Below, in pieces: positions 7,820-18,215 of a stretch of DNA of 44,525 nucleotides (positions are counted from its first letter, which is position 1; the number at the start of each line of letters is the position of its first letter). The stretch comes from Synechococcus sp. (lineage in GTDB: Bacteria; Cyanobacteriota; Cyanobacteriia; PCC-6307; Cyanobiaceae). A program made the translations under genes and the position numbers. The stretch spans positions 1 through 44,525 of the forward strand of contig JAYKIX010000178.1 of assembly GCA_035286005.1 (NCBI GenBank). The letters are read 5' to 3'. The notes below the pieces were generated by a model. The model was not told the DNA's origin and ran no database searches. It saw only the letters and a program-made list of their open reading frames with translations.

Positions 7820-8680
7820 TCAAGCCCTCCACCGCCAACGCTGCAGCCTCGTCAGCATCATCCAGCTGCCTCCACACAGGACCAGCAACAGGAGAAAACT
7901 GCCCATCATCACGGTGGCGCTGTAGCCGAAATCGAGAAATCGCATCGCAGTGAGATAGGCATAAAGGGCGAGGCTCTCGGTGCTGCTGGCTGGCCCCCCT
8001 CCTGTCATCACCTGGATTAGATCGAACACGCCAAAGGCCTGGGCCAGACGGAACAACAGGGCTAAGGCGATGTAGGGGCGCAACATCGGCAGCGTGATGC
8101 GCAGAAAGCAGATGCGGCTGTCAGCGCCCTCGAGGCGGAGTGCCTCATAGAGATCGGCGGGAATCGTTTGCAGGCCGGCCAGGAGGATCAGTGCAGCAAA
8201 GGGCGTGGTCTTCCACACGTCACCCACGACGGTGGCCATCCAGGTGATGCCTGGGTTGGCGAGGATATTCAGATCTGGAACACCGATCAGGGCTGCGCCC
8301 TGGTTTAGGGGCCCATAGGGCGTGTTGAAGATCCATCTCCAGCCCAAAGCCATCACCGTGGTGGGCAGTGCCCAGGGAATCAACACCATGGCGCGGACAG
8401 CACCGCGACCTCGCCAACGTTGATCCAGCAACAGAGCAATGCCAAGGGCCAACAGCAGCTCTGCGCCCACGGAGACAGCTGCAAACCGCAGGGTCTGAGC
8501 TGAGTCCTGCCAGAAGCGTTCATCACTGGCCAGTCGCCACCAGTTGGCTCCCTGGTTGGGCACTGGAAGCAGACCCGTGATCACGGAATCGGCATGGCCG
8601 CTGAGCCAGGCGTAGTGGAGCAAGGGGCCAACGAACACCAATGCCAGCAACAGTGCGGCCGGGAGGAGCAACACAATCAC
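7820..8680 (-). CDS. ggtC: Carbohydrate ABC transporter permease (MalF-like)
   Basis: DVWKTTPF, LAGLQTIP..LYEALRLEGA, MTGGGP. Confidence 0.85.
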   Translation of the reverse strand: MIVLLLPAALLLALVFVGPLLHYAWLSGHADSVITGLLPVPNQGANWWRLASDERFWQDSAQTLRFAAVSVGAELLLALGIALLLDQRWRGRGAVRAMVLIPWALPTTVMALGWRWIFNTPYGPLNQGAALIGVPDLNILANPGITWMATVVGDVWKTTPFAALILLAGLQTIPADLYEALRLEGADSRICFLRITLPMLRPYIALALLFRLAQAFGVFDLIQVMTGGGPASSTESLALYAYLTAMRFLDFGYSATVMMGSFLLLLVLCGGSWMMLTRLQRWRWRA

Positions 8681-9963
8681 TGCTTCAGATCCCCTGCTGA
8701 TCGCATGATCGTTTTGGTGGTGAAGGTGGAGTTCTCCATGCCTTGCGCCGCATCGATTTCACCCGTCAAAACGGCACTGAGATCGCGTTGCAGCACATCA
8801 CTTAACTGGGCATAAAGGGGGGTCTCCGGCCTTGATTTGGTGTGATTTAAGGCCTCAGCAAGATCGGGAAGAATCGGATTGATGGTCACCAGCTCCGGGT
8901 CGTGGAACAGGGCCTCCAGTGTGGGGGTGTAACCGTGGGTCAGGAACAACTGTTTTTGCGCCGCCTCAGAGGTGAGGAAACGAATCGCTTCTGCCGCCGC
9001 ATCAGGATGGGCACTGCCCTTCAACAGAGCCAGCCCCCAACTGCCCAGGGTGGCTGTGGAGAGAGAGGGATCCTTAGCCACCATGGTTGTCACGCCGACG
9101 TTTCCCTTCACGGCGCTGTCGTCTTTTTGCAATTCGGCCCAGGCATAGGGCCAGTTGCGCATGAAGGCCGCATCGCCCACCTTGAAACTCTGGAGCGCTT
9201 CAGGCTCGGCGAAGTTCGTGACTGCCTGGGGACTGATGCCATCGGTGATCAGGTGGCGCAACCAGGTGGCGGCCTGAACGCCTGGTGATTGATCCAGACC
9301 AACAACACCATTGGAGGGATGGAGCCAGAAGCCCCCGAAGCCATCAATGACCTCGAGAAAAACACAGCTGAGACCTTCGTATTGGCGTCCTTCCCAGACA
9401 TAACCCCAGGGCACTTTCCTCTCGCCCTGGAGCTTTTGGCTGATGGCTTCAAGCTCCTGGGGTGTCTGGGGCGGGTGATCCATCAAATCGGTCCGCCAAT
9501 ACAGCAAACCCATGCTCGCCACAAAGGGCCAGCGGTACAGAGTTCCGTCGTAGGCATTCCCCTCCCTGGCCCCTGGGGCCAGGGCTTCAAGGTCGTTATT
9601 GGAGAACCAAGGGCTCAGAGGCTCAAGCCAGCCTGCGGCGGCGTACTTAGGTAGCCAGGTCAGATCCATCAGAAGCGCATCGAATGGAGCATCTCCCAGC
9701 AGCAGGCTGCTGATGGCCAGATCCGAAATCGCTTCGGTTTCCAAGGGCCCTCGCATCACCTGCAGATGCACCTTGCCGCGATGTTCGGCATTGAATTGCT
9801 CCACCAGACCCTTGCTTGCATCCGCAAATGGAGCCGGCATCAGGATGGTCACCTGATCTGAATGCCAGGCCTGGGCCCAGCTCCAGCCGAGGGGAAGCAG
9901 CAGAAGGGCCAGCACCCCGGCCATCAGCAGTCGCGGAATCCGACTGAACCGGCGCAGTCTCAT
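8677..9963 (-). CDS. ggtB: Sugar ABC transporter substrate-binding protein
   Basis: N-terminal signal peptide; LYWRTDL, QYEGL, FMRNWPYAW (SBP family 1). Confidence 0.85.
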   Translation of the reverse strand: MRLRRFSRIPRLLMAGVLALLLLPLGWSWAQAWHSDQVTILMPAPFADASKGLVEQFNAEHRGKVHLQVMRGPLETEAISDLAISSLLLGDAPFDALLMDLTWLPKYAAAGWLEPLSPWFSNNDLEALAPGAREGNAYDGTLYRWPFVASMGLLYWRTDLMDHPPQTPQELEAISQKLQGERKVPWGYVWEGRQYEGLSCVFLEVIDGFGGFWLHPSNGVVGLDQSPGVQAATWLRHLITDGISPQAVTNFAEPEALQSFKVGDAAFMRNWPYAWAELQKDDSAVKGNVGVTTMVAKDPSLSTATLGSWGLALLKGSAHPDAAAEAIRFLTSEAAQKQLFLTHGYTPTLEALFHDPELVTINPILPDLAEALNHTKSRPETPLYAQLSDVLQRDLSAVLTGEIDAAQGMENSTFTTKTIMRSAGDLKQ

Positions 9964-11453
9964 GTCAGATAGGAATCCAGGGTGCCCATCTGCTCTTCCG
10001 CCCAGTCCTGAACGGTGAAGGATTCCACTGCCGTGGTCATGGTGTGCATTCTGCGTTTCTGCTCGTTCTCCGGCATGGCCAGTGCAAGCTCGATCGCTTC
10101 ATCCATGCGTCGATGGGAATAGGGGTTGGTGAGCACCGCACCATCAAGGACGACCGAGGCTCCAGTGAATTCAGACAGCACAAGAACGCCTGATTGGTTT
10201 TTGCGTGCTGCGGCATACTCTTTCGCCACGAGATTGAGACCATCCCGGAGGGGCGTGATCCAGCACACATCGGCATGGGTGAACCACGCCACCATTTCTT
10301 CATAGGGAATTCGTCTGGTTGAAAAACGCACTGGCACCCAGTCGATTTTGCTGAAACGTCCATTGATGCGTCCGGCCATTTCTTCAATCGAACGCTGGGT
10401 GTCTTCGTAGATTTTCATCCCACTGGCTGCGGATACACAGGCCAGCATGAGCACCACTTCGCCATGTAGATCCGTGCGCCGTTCCAGCAAACGTTCAAAG
10501 GCCAACAGAAGCTCTTCATTGCCTTTGGTGTAGTCCACCCGGCTTGCTGAAAGGATCAGCTTCCGTCCCTTGCGTGTGTCTTCCTCAATGCGTTGGCCGA
10601 GGGCCTGAATTTCAGGGTCAGCCACCAGGGATTGAATCACGTCAGGCGAGGTGCCGACCGGTGATGAAAGCAGCTGAATGGTGCGTCCTTCGAAGGAGAG
10701 CCAAGGGGTCTCTGACGGTTCGGTGAGTGCTGAGCCCGTGGAGAGAAAACGGGGGTTGACGCCACGCTTGGGACCTTTCTTGGCGCCAAGAAGGCAGTTG
10801 GCCGCCCTTGCAAAATTTTCTGTGTACCGAGGAATGTGAAAGCCAACGAGGTCACAACACAACAGGCTCTCGAGAATTTCACGACGCCAGGGAAGAATGG
10901 CGAACACATCATTCCCTGGGAATGGTGTGTGATGGAAGAAGGCGATCTTCAGGTCTGGGCGTTCGGCTCGAATGTATCCCGGTGCCAGCCAGAGGTTGTA
11001 GTCATGCACCCACACCGTTGCACCGTGGGCGGCTTCTCGGCAGGCTGCTTCAGCAAACCGGCGGTTGACCTCCTCGAAAATTCCCCAATCGGCATTGTTG
11101 ATATCGAAATAGGTCGGGAAGGTGTGAAGAATTGGCCAGAATGATTCTTTTGAGGTGACGTGATAAAAACTCGAGATCTGATAGTGCTCAAGGGGGATGC
11201 GCCTCAGGGTGAACGGTGCTGGATCCTGGATGGCAATCCGTTCATCGCTACTGGATTCGGCCTCTTCAACTTGACGCCAGGCAATCCAGGTGCCGTTGAG
11301 ATGGCTCCTGAACAAATTCCGCAGAGTGGGAATAATTCCATTGGGGCTTTTTTGATCACCCCATGAACGATTTCCCTGCTCGTCGATGATTTCTTCAAAA
11401 GGAGTGCGGTGATAAAGAAGAATGAATGAGCTTTTTCCTTCTTCTTTCATCAT
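9960..11453 (-). CDS. ggpS: Glucosylglycerol-phosphate synthase (GT20)
   Basis: LYHRTPF, SPNGIIPTL, WVHDYNLW, FFHHTPFP, RVDYTKG, RDGLNLVAKEY. Confidence 0.93.
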   Translation of the reverse strand: MMKEEGKSSFILLYHRTPFEEIIDEQGNRSWGDQKSPNGIIPTLRNLFRSHLNGTWIAWRQVEEAESSSDERIAIQDPAPFTLRRIPLEHYQISSFYHVTSKESFWPILHTFPTYFDINNADWGIFEEVNRRFAEAACREAAHGATVWVHDYNLWLAPGYIRAERPDLKIAFFHHTPFPGNDVFAILPWRREILESLLCCDLVGFHIPRYTENFARAANCLLGAKKGPKRGVNPRFLSTGSALTEPSETPWLSFEGRTIQLLSSPVGTSPDVIQSLVADPEIQALGQRIEEDTRKGRKLILSASRVDYTKGNEELLLAFERLLERRTDLHGEVVLMLACVSAASGMKIYEDTQRSIEEMAGRINGRFSKIDWVPVRFSTRRIPYEEMVAWFTHADVCWITPLRDGLNLVAKEYAAARKNQSGVLVLSEFTGASVVLDGAVLTNPYSHRRMDEAIELALAMPENEQKRRMHTMTTAVESFTVQDWAEEQMGTLDSYLT

Positions 11454-11524
11454 TAAAGATCCCGTAGCGCCATTGATGGCGCCGGGTTGCGCTCAGTCCA
11501 CCCTTCCCCATTGGGCCGGCTTTG

Positions 11525-12082
11525 TCAAATCGATGCTTCGCTCTGCAACCGCTTGAGTCGCTCCATCACTTCGTGAGCATGGCCATTGGGTCGGACTCCT
11601 GTCCATCGCTCACGGATCTCACCCGCTGGATCAATCAAGAAGGTGTGGCGCATGGAATAAGGGGCCATCCAGGATCCATAGGTTTTGCTGACGGTGCCAT
11701 CCGGGTCAGACAACAGCAAATAGTCGAGGGCTTCCGAGCTGCAGAACGAAGCATGATCTTCGAGGCCGTCGGCACTCACGCCGACGATGGAAGTGTTCTG
11801 CTGTTCGAATTCTTGGTTGAGGCTCTGAAAGCCATGGGCCTCGATGGTGCAACCCGACGTGAAATCCCTTGGATAGAAGTAGAGCACCAGCCACCGGCCG
11901 GCAAAATCCTCAAGCTTCCAAGGCCTGGGCTCATCCTGATTGCGTCGCGTCCCGATGAGGGTGAAGTCTGGAGCGACGGTGTTCACTTCCGGGATCTGGC
12001 CCCCCAAGGCTTTCGCTGGTCTTGGAAGACAAAAAAATGCCCCGAGTCCCAGGGACCGAAGCAGAATCTCACGTCGGTTCAT
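11525..12082 (-). CDS. Peroxiredoxin Q/BCP with Tat-like signal
   Basis: YFYPRDFTSGCTIEA peroxidatic motif; N-terminus MNRREILL followed by a hydrophobic stretch and AKA. Confidence 0.88.
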   Translation of the reverse strand: MNRREILLRSLGLGAFFCLPRPAKALGGQIPEVNTVAPDFTLIGTRRNQDEPRPWKLEDFAGRWLVLYFYPRDFTSGCTIEAHGFQSLNQEFEQQNTSIVGVSADGLEDHASFCSSEALDYLLLSDPDGTVSKTYGSWMAPYSMRHTFLIDPAGEIRERWTGVRPNGHAHEVMERLKRLQSEASI

Positions 12083-12130
12083 CGGGATTCGGGGTAGGGG
12101 GATGCGTGCGGCTGAAAGCCGGAGCACAAC

Positions 12131-12367
12131 TCAGAGCTTGGAGAGATCAACGCCGAGGGAACGGGCGTAGGCACCGAGGCCCTTCTTTTGGATGGTTTTG
12201 AGGGCCCGGGTGGTCACGCGAAGCTTGACCCAGCGGTTGCCTTCGGCCCACCAAAGACGTCGCTGTTGCAGGTTGGCCTGCTGCAGCTTCTTGGTGCGGA
12301 TATGGGAGTGGCTCACGGCCATGCCGTTGTTAGCCCGCGTACCGGTGAGCTGACACACCCGAGACAT
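12131..12367 (-). CDS. rpmB: 50S ribosomal protein L28
   Basis: [34 protein letters not shown]; 78 aa. Confidence 0.97.
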   Translation of the reverse strand: MSRVCQLTGTRANNGMAVSHSHIRTKKLQQANLQQRRLWWAEGNRWVKLRVTTRALKTIQKKGLGAYARSLGVDLSKL

Positions 12368-12428
12368 GATGACGTTCCTGTAGATCAGTGGCACGAAGCC
12401 AAGAATCAATCTTACCAAAGAGGGATGC

Positions 12429-14336
12429 TCAGATCCCTCTTTCCATCAGTGCCGACATCAGTTTTGCGGAGCGTGTCTGGAAGCCGGCCAGTTCATTGGG
12501 TTCCAGGCCTCCCACTGAAAGCCTTGCCATGTCATAAAGGTGGCGAGACAGATCAGCTGCCAGCTTTTGGCTGGGGGACTCTTGGCTCGCATCGGTTGCA
12601 ACGATCACACTGCCAGCATTGAGCTTGAGCAGACCTTCCACAAGTGGATGCCGGCGATTGACCAGCAGCACATGGTGATCGGGTAAGCCAGGGAACCGTT
12701 GTTCCATTAGGGCACCAATGTCATTGATGCGTCGCATCTGTTCCGGCAGGAGGATCAGCGCAGCTGGGGCATCATCCCCTCCCTTAAGGGCCTGAACTTG
12801 AATCGTGACCTTGTCGTTATTCAGGGCCTGTTTCATCAGTTCGCGAAGGGTTTCGCTCTGGGTTTCTCCTTCCTGATCGCTCAGCTCTGGCAGGTCATCT
12901 CGCAGGCTTTCATCCAGTTCCGCATCGACCCGTTGAAATTTGAGGTCGTCATGCTTTGACTCAAGCCAGGGAATGAATTGACTATCGATCACGGTTTCTG
13001 CCAACAGCACTTCAGCCCCTTGCCCGGTCCAGAGGCTTAGGGCACTGGCCTGGGCAACTTCATCGCTGCAGTACAACACCCGTTTAGCTTGATCGTTAGA
13101 GAGGCGGGCTTGGTAATCGGAGAGCGTGGTGTAGGCCTTGTCTCCCACCTTGATGGGATTTTCACTTTCCCCTGTTGCCACGGCGGTTGTGCCGAACAAG
13201 ACCAGATCGCTGACCTGTTCAGCAAACTTCTCATCTTCCATTGCTCCGATTTTCACAAAGGGAGCGAGGGCATCCCAGGCCTCTGCATAGGCCTGGGGAT
13301 CGTCTTGTTTGAGACTTCTCAAACGATCAGCAACTTTTTTCGCTACAAAATTCCCGATTGACCGAACACGTCGATCGGTCTGTAGTGCACTGCGACTGAC
13401 GTTCAAGGGGATGTCAGGGGAGTCGATCACTCCGCGCAACGGCAGCAAGTAACGCGGAACAATTTCTTTGATCGAGTCACTCACAAACACCTGATTGCAA
13501 TACAGGCGGATTTCGCCCTTTTCCCAATCGGCCCGGCCACTCACCCTTGGGAAAAACAGAATTCCCTGAAGTGTGTAGGGGTAATCCGTGTTCAGATGCA
13601 CCCAGAGCAGGGGATCCCCCTGAAAGGGGTAGAGATAGCGATACAGATCGATGTAGTCCTGATCGCTGAGGTCCCTCGCAGGCTGCCTCCAGGGAGCCAC
13701 TTTTTTGTTGACGGTTTCCCCCTCAAGCTCCACGCTGACGGGCATGAAATCGCAGTACTGCGTGATCAGGTTCCGCAGTCGTGCCGGTTCCAAATATTCC
13801 AGTTCCTCCTCCATCAGGTGCAGAATCACATCGGTTCCTGCCTCCTCGCGCTGGCTCCCCTCAAGGCTGAAATTGGGGGAACCGTCACAACGCCACCGCA
13901 CTGCCTCACTGTCAGGTCTTGCGGATCGAGTCACCAGCTCGACTTCGCGGGCCACCATGAAGCTGGAATAGAAGCCAAGGCCGAAATGACCAATGATGGC
14001 GTCGTTTTCCTGTTTGTATTTCTCCAGGAAATCCTCGGCACTGGAGAACGCCACCTGGTTGATATAGCGCTTAACTTCGTCGGCTGTCATGCCGATGCCG
14101 TTATCGCTGATCGTGACTGTTTTGTTTTCGCGATCGATGCGGATCGCGACCTTCCCCTCTGGCCCTTCGCTGCAGTCTCCTGCCATCGAGGCCATGCGGC
14201 GTTTATTGATGGCGTCAGCGGCGTTACTTACCAGTTCCCTTAGGAACACCTCATGGCCGGAGTAGACGGCCTTTTTGATGATCGGAAAAATATTTTCGGT
14301 ATGGATCTGGATCTGACCCTGTTCCAGCACGCTCAT
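12429..14336 (-). CDS. htpG: Molecular chaperone HtpG (Hsp90)
   Basis: [32 protein letters not shown]. Confidence 0.97.
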   Translation of the reverse strand: MSVLEQGQIQIHTENIFPIIKKAVYSGHEVFLRELVSNAADAINKRRMASMAGDCSEGPEGKVAIRIDRENKTVTISDNGIGMTADEVKRYINQVAFSSAEDFLEKYKQENDAIIGHFGLGFYSSFMVAREVELVTRSARPDSEAVRWRCDGSPNFSLEGSQREEAGTDVILHLMEEELEYLEPARLRNLITQYCDFMPVSVELEGETVNKKVAPWRQPARDLSDQDYIDLYRYLYPFQGDPLLWVHLNTDYPYTLQGILFFPRVSGRADWEKGEIRLYCNQVFVSDSIKEIVPRYLLPLRGVIDSPDIPLNVSRSALQTDRRVRSIGNFVAKKVADRLRSLKQDDPQAYAEAWDALAPFVKIGAMEDEKFAEQVSDLVLFGTTAVATGESENPIKVGDKAYTTLSDYQARLSNDQAKRVLYCSDEVAQASALSLWTGQGAEVLLAETVIDSQFIPWLESKHDDLKFQRVDAELDESLRDDLPELSDQEGETQSETLRELMKQALNNDKVTIQVQALKGGDDAPAALILLPEQMRRINDIGALMEQRFPGLPDHHVLLVNRRHPLVEGLLKLNAGSVIVATDASQESPSQKLAADLSRHLYDMARLSVGGLEPNELAGFQTRSAKLMSALMERGI

Positions 14337-14357
14337 GGCTCAACATCAAACAAGGCG

Positions 14358-14386
14358 ACCCTAGGGAGAGGTGGCGTAGGCCTCAA
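14358..14386 (-). promoter_or_regulatory. Candidate sigma70-type promoter of htpG (TTGAGG-17bp-TAGGGT)
   Basis: Hexamers with a 17-bp spacer, ending 21 bp upstream of the htpG ATG; sequence resemblance only. Confidence 0.45.
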
Positions 14387-14425
14387 GCCCTTCGCGGGTG
14401 GGGTCTCCGTACTTGGATCAGTTGT

Positions 14426-14650
14426 TCAGGGAGTGCGCTGTAGATCAGGTCGTTCTTCGGCAAGGATTGCCCCCTCGACCGGGCAGACCTGCAAGCAGAT
14501 GCCGCAGTCGATGCAGGTGTTGAAGTCGATCCAGTAGAACTCTGTGCCTTTTTTGTTGCGGCCTTTGCCTTCCTGAATACAAGCCACGGGGCAGGCGTCG
14601 AGGCAATCGGCGATGCCTTCGCAAACATCGGTCACGATTGTGTGGGCCAT
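14426..14650 (-). CDS. Bacterial-type dicluster ferredoxin (probably [3Fe-4S][4Fe-4S])
   Basis: CEGIADCLDACP (second Cys of the motif missing) and CIDCGICLQVCP. Confidence 0.9.
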   Translation of the reverse strand: MAHTIVTDVCEGIADCLDACPVACIQEGKGRNKKGTEFYWIDFNTCIDCGICLQVCPVEGAILAEERPDLQRTP

Positions 14651-14674
14651 GGGGCGAGCGAAGCAGGCCGGATC

Positions 14675-15853
14675 TTACTCAGCCAGCCATGCAAGAGAAC
14701 TGCATCCCCGTGGGTTCAGGAGAGATTGGGCCTCCTTCTCCGTGGGAAGCGGCTCGAGTTCGATCATGGCGGTGAGCCCCTGACGATGAAGCTGGTGCTG
14801 GCGTTGAAGAGCGGATTCAAGAGTTGCTTTTGGCCCGTAGGCCACCAGGATCCGATCCCCGCTGGTTTTGGAGGGTGGCTGCGCTGAGGGGAGATCGCGA
14901 ATGTCATCCAGGCAGAAGCTGAAACCAAGACCCGCGGCTCCCGACCCAACCGCACCGAAACGCTTCAGAACACGGTCATAGCGACCGCCACGGGCAATCA
15001 CGACGGGAGCAGAGCTGCCTTGGCAAACCAGCTGGAAGACCAGCCCGTCATAGAGCTCGAAATGGGGTTGAAAGCTTGGATCGAGCTGAAGTTCGACGCC
15101 AACGCGTGTTGCAATCGGGATCAGATGTTTGAACAGACGTTCCAGCTGGGAGAGAACAGGTTGGGGGCCGAATAGACGACGTTCCTGCTCAAGAACCTGT
15201 TCAGCTGTTCCACGCAGGTCGATTTGTTGCTGAAGCCGCCTGAGTTGGTCGCTCGTCAGAGGCAGCTGCTCCAGTTGCAACCGATCGAACGACACCAAAG
15301 CATCCTTGACCTGATCACGGTATTCAGGGTCAACCGGGGCAAGGATCAGTTCCATCAAGGCCGCATGCCCCACAAGCAGTCGTGCGTCATGGCCTGATTG
15401 CAGTTCAAGCGATTCGAGCGATGCCATCAGGAGAGACAGCAGCTCGAGTTCTCCATTGACCTGGCCGCTTCCGAACAGTTCAACCCCGCTGTGCAACTGT
15501 TCTTCGATGCGTTGGCCACCTTCATCGCTGATTCGGCTTTCGAAGACTGTCCCTGTGGACCAAAGCCTGAGTGGCCTGGCCCTTTCGGCCAGGCGGGTGG
15601 TGGCTGCCCGTGCAATGGAAGCGGTGAGTTCAGGCCGAAGACCGAGTGGTTCATCCGCCACGAGGCGGACGATGTCGGCGCTGTTGATACCTCCCCCGGC
15701 TTTGAGAGTGTCCATGCGTTCCACCTGGGGCGGCGACACCTCCTCATACCCCCAGCAGCGGTAGACCTCCGCGAGGCGTTCTCTCAGAACTTGATTGTGT
15801 TCCACCTGCTGGGGGTTGAGATCACGTGCGCCCGAGGCTGGTTGCAGGGCCAT
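14675..15853 (-). CDS. hisZ: ATP phosphoribosyltransferase regulatory subunit
   Basis: MALQPASGARDL, LRPELTASIAR, GGRYD; HisRS-like without an anticodon domain. Confidence 0.93.
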   Translation of the reverse strand: MALQPASGARDLNPQQVEHNQVLRERLAEVYRCWGYEEVSPPQVERMDTLKAGGGINSADIVRLVADEPLGLRPELTASIARAATTRLAERARPLRLWSTGTVFESRISDEGGQRIEEQLHSGVELFGSGQVNGELELLSLLMASLESLELQSGHDARLLVGHAALMELILAPVDPEYRDQVKDALVSFDRLQLEQLPLTSDQLRRLQQQIDLRGTAEQVLEQERRLFGPQPVLSQLERLFKHLIPIATRVGVELQLDPSFQPHFELYDGLVFQLVCQGSSAPVVIARGGRYDRVLKRFGAVGSGAAGLGFSFCLDDIRDLPSAQPPSKTSGDRILVAYGPKATLESALQRQHQLHRQGLTAMIELEPLPTEKEAQSLLNPRGCSSLAWLAE

Positions 15854-15874
15854 CCCAGTGGAAACGAAGCTGCT

Positions 15875-16765
15875 TCAGGATCCCATGTGCCGGAGCTCAG
15901 GAGCTCCAAAACTGGACCCATCCAGTGGTTGAACCTGAGCCAATCCGTGGGCGATTTGCGCGTGCAGCCCAGCATTCGCCGCAAGCACTCGACCCGAGTT
16001 GATGTTGAACGGGCTGCGGTCGTACCCCGAAACCATGCCGCCGGCCTCCTGCACAAGAGCTACGCCCGCTGCCAGGTCCCAGGGGGAAAGGCCTCGTTCC
16101 CAATACCCATCGAGCAACCCCGCTGCAACGAAAGCCAAATCCACCGCTGCAGCACCACCACGACGTACACCATGGGTGCGATGGGTGAACCAGCAAAACT
16201 CGGCGTAATTGTTGTCGAGTCGTTGATGCCTGTCATAGGCAAAGCCAGTCACTAAGAGGGACTCCTTGAGCTCCTGACACGAGGAGACAGTGATCGGCTC
16301 GCCATTACAGAAGGCGCCTCCACCAGGACAACAGTGATAGAGCTGCTTCAAGAAGGGCACGGCAATCGCACCGAGGAGCGGCTGACCGTTCCAGCAGAGT
16401 CCAACAGAGGTGGCGAAGAAGGGGTACCCGTGGGTGAAGTTGGTGGTGCCATCCAGGGGGTCCACCATCCACTGCAATCCTGATGACGGACCGACGCTGC
16501 CTGATTCTTCCGCCAGGATTCCGATCTCTGGTGTTTGCCCCTGGAGAAAACCGAGGACGGCCAGTTCGGCAGCTTCATCGGCTTCCGTCACCAGATCACC
16601 CTGGCGTCCTTTGTTTCGGATGTTGTTGAGACGGCCGTAGTGCTGCATCAACACTGATGCACCGCGTTCGGCGGCGAATCGCGCAACACCATCAAGCCGC
16701 CGCAGCTGTTCGCCATTCAGATCAGCTGCGGCGGCAACGGCTTCACAGGCTGTGGTCACGGTCAT
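15875..16765 (-). CDS. suhB: Inositol monophosphatase family protein
   Basis: DLVTEAD, WMVDPLDGTTNF, WDLAAG. Confidence 0.9.
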   Translation of the reverse strand: MTVTTACEAVAAAADLNGEQLRRLDGVARFAAERGASVLMQHYGRLNNIRNKGRQGDLVTEADEAAELAVLGFLQGQTPEIGILAEESGSVGPSSGLQWMVDPLDGTTNFTHGYPFFATSVGLCWNGQPLLGAIAVPFLKQLYHCCPGGGAFCNGEPITVSSCQELKESLLVTGFAYDRHQRLDNNYAEFCWFTHRTHGVRRGGAAAVDLAFVAAGLLDGYWERGLSPWDLAAGVALVQEAGGMVSGYDRSPFNINSGRVLAANAGLHAQIAHGLAQVQPLDGSSFGAPELRHMGS

Positions 16766-17130
16766 TCCTCATCCAAGGGGAGGCCGGGGGTCACCTGGCC
16801 TTGGCCAAAGTGCCGACCGAACTGAAGTTCATACACTTCATCCTCATCTTGGGTCTCCGCTTCCAGATCCCCGGTGGCCCTGGCCACACAGAGCAAGCCA
16901 TAACCCTGGTGACGCAGTTCCCGAGAGAGCCCCATGGCTTCTCGCTGGTCGATGGCCCCGCTGATCACCCGAACTGCGCAGGCAGTGCAGCATCCATTGC
17001 GGCAGGAAAACGGCAGGGGGTCACCCTGTTGTTCAAAGCTTCTCAGGATGTATTCGCCGTGCGGCACTTCATGGGTGATCGTGCGCTGCTCCTGACGCCA
17101 ATGGATGGTCACCCTGTGGCTGCGGGGCAT
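16762..17130 (-). CDS. [2Fe-2S] ferredoxin with C-terminal extension (FdC2/Fed2-like)
   Basis: [13 protein letters not shown]...LLCV, then the [11 protein letters not shown] tail. Confidence 0.9.
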   Translation of the reverse strand: MPRSHRVTIHWRQEQRTITHEVPHGEYILRSFEQQGDPLPFSCRNGCCTACAVRVISGAIDQREAMGLSRELRHQGYGLLCVARATGDLEAETQDEDEVYELQFGRHFGQGQVTPGLPLDEE

Positions 17131-17183
17131 GGCCGAAATCGCTCGAACGCCCTGCTACATTCGCATTGCCCAGATCAGCCGCT

Positions 17184-17270
17184 GGAGAGGTGGCCGAGTG
17201 GTCGAAGGCGCAGCACTGGAAATGCTGTATAGGGGCAACTCTATCGAGGGTTCGAATCCCTCCCTCTCCG
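17184..17270 (+). tRNA. trnS: tRNA-Ser (GGA), CCA not encoded
   Basis: GGAGAGG acceptor pairing with CCTCTCC, D-loop TGGCCGAGTGGT, anticodon loop CTGGAAA, long variable arm, T-loop GGTTCGAATCC. Confidence 0.97.
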
Positions 17271-17276
17271 CTTTCT

Positions 17277-17302
17277 ACCGGCCCTCGGGCCGGTTTTTTT
17301 TT
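17277..17302 (+). terminator. Rho-independent terminator after tRNA-Ser
   Basis: ACCGGCC-CTCG-GGCCGGT stem-loop followed by a T run. Confidence 0.9.
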
Positions 17303-17317
17303 ATGACTTGTTGATCG

Positions 17318-18136
17318 CTAGCCGAAACGGCCTGACACGTAGTCGTTAGTGGCTTGCTGACTGGGAGAGTTGAAGATTTTTTCTGTCTCGTTGAATTCCA
17401 CTAGGTATCCAACTTTTCCTGAGCCTCCCGCCTGAGCTTCAGCGTTGAAGAACGCGGTCATATCGCTGACCCGCACGGCCTGCTGCATGTTGTGAGTGAC
17501 GATCACAATCGTGAAGGTTTTCTTCAACTCATGCATGGTTTCTTCGATCTTCAAGGTTGAGATCGGATCGAGAGCCGAACAGGGTTCGTCCATCAGAATG
17601 ACTTCTGGCTGAATCGCAATCGTGCGCGCGATGCAAAGGCGTTGTTGTTGACCACCGGAGAGTGAGCAGCCACTCTCTTTCAACTTGTCCTTGCATTCGT
17701 CCCAGACCGCTGCCTGACGCAACGACCGCTCCACGAGCTCATCCATGTCGCCGGTGTAGCCGTTGATCCTGGCCCCGAAGGCGATGTTCTCATAAATGCT
17801 TTTTGGGAAAGGGTTGGGCTGCTGGAACACCATCCCGATGCGGCGTCGCACCTCCACCGGATCGACTGTTGGGTGATACAGATCAGCACCGTCGAACACC
17901 ACACGACCAGACAGGCTGCAGCCATCAATGAGGTCGTTCATCCGGTTCAGTGCGCGCAGTACGGTCGACTTGCCGCACCCAGATGGCCCGATAAAAGCGG
18001 TGACTTTTCCTCTGGGGATCTCGCAATAGACGTTGCGAACAGCTTCGTAGCCTCCATAGCTGATCGAAACATTCTCCAGGGAGATGCATGTGTCGCTGAA
18101 CAATTTGTTGGGGTCAGCAGAAGCGGTAACCGTCAT
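17318..18136 (-). CDS. pstB: Phosphate ABC transporter ATP-binding protein
   Basis: [47 protein letters not shown]. Confidence 0.96.
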   Translation of the reverse strand: MTVTASADPNKLFSDTCISLENVSISYGGYEAVRNVYCEIPRGKVTAFIGPSGCGKSTVLRALNRMNDLIDGCSLSGRVVFDGADLYHPTVDPVEVRRRIGMVFQQPNPFPKSIYENIAFGARINGYTGDMDELVERSLRQAAVWDECKDKLKESGCSLSGGQQQRLCIARTIAIQPEVILMDEPCSALDPISTLKIEETMHELKKTFTIVIVTHNMQQAVRVSDMTAFFNAEAQAGGSGKVGYLVEFNETEKIFNSPSQQATNDYVSGRFG

Positions 18137-18215
18137 GGTGAGTGGGTATTTGGGCGTCTGAAGAGTGAAAAGGGTGTGGATGGAGAAGGTCTGGAAATAC
18201 CTTGGTGCTTAGGTG

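Noticed and set aside
15398-16255. 285-aa plus-strand ORF, and the similar 22436..23218 and 25334..26041 ORFs
   Set aside because: They are antisense shadows of hisZ/suhB, dnaJ and the cyclophilin, with no independent motifs.
17184-17317. tRNA-Ser as an occupied integration site
   Set aside because: It is followed directly by its terminator and pstB; I saw no integrase or duplicated tRNA 3' end.
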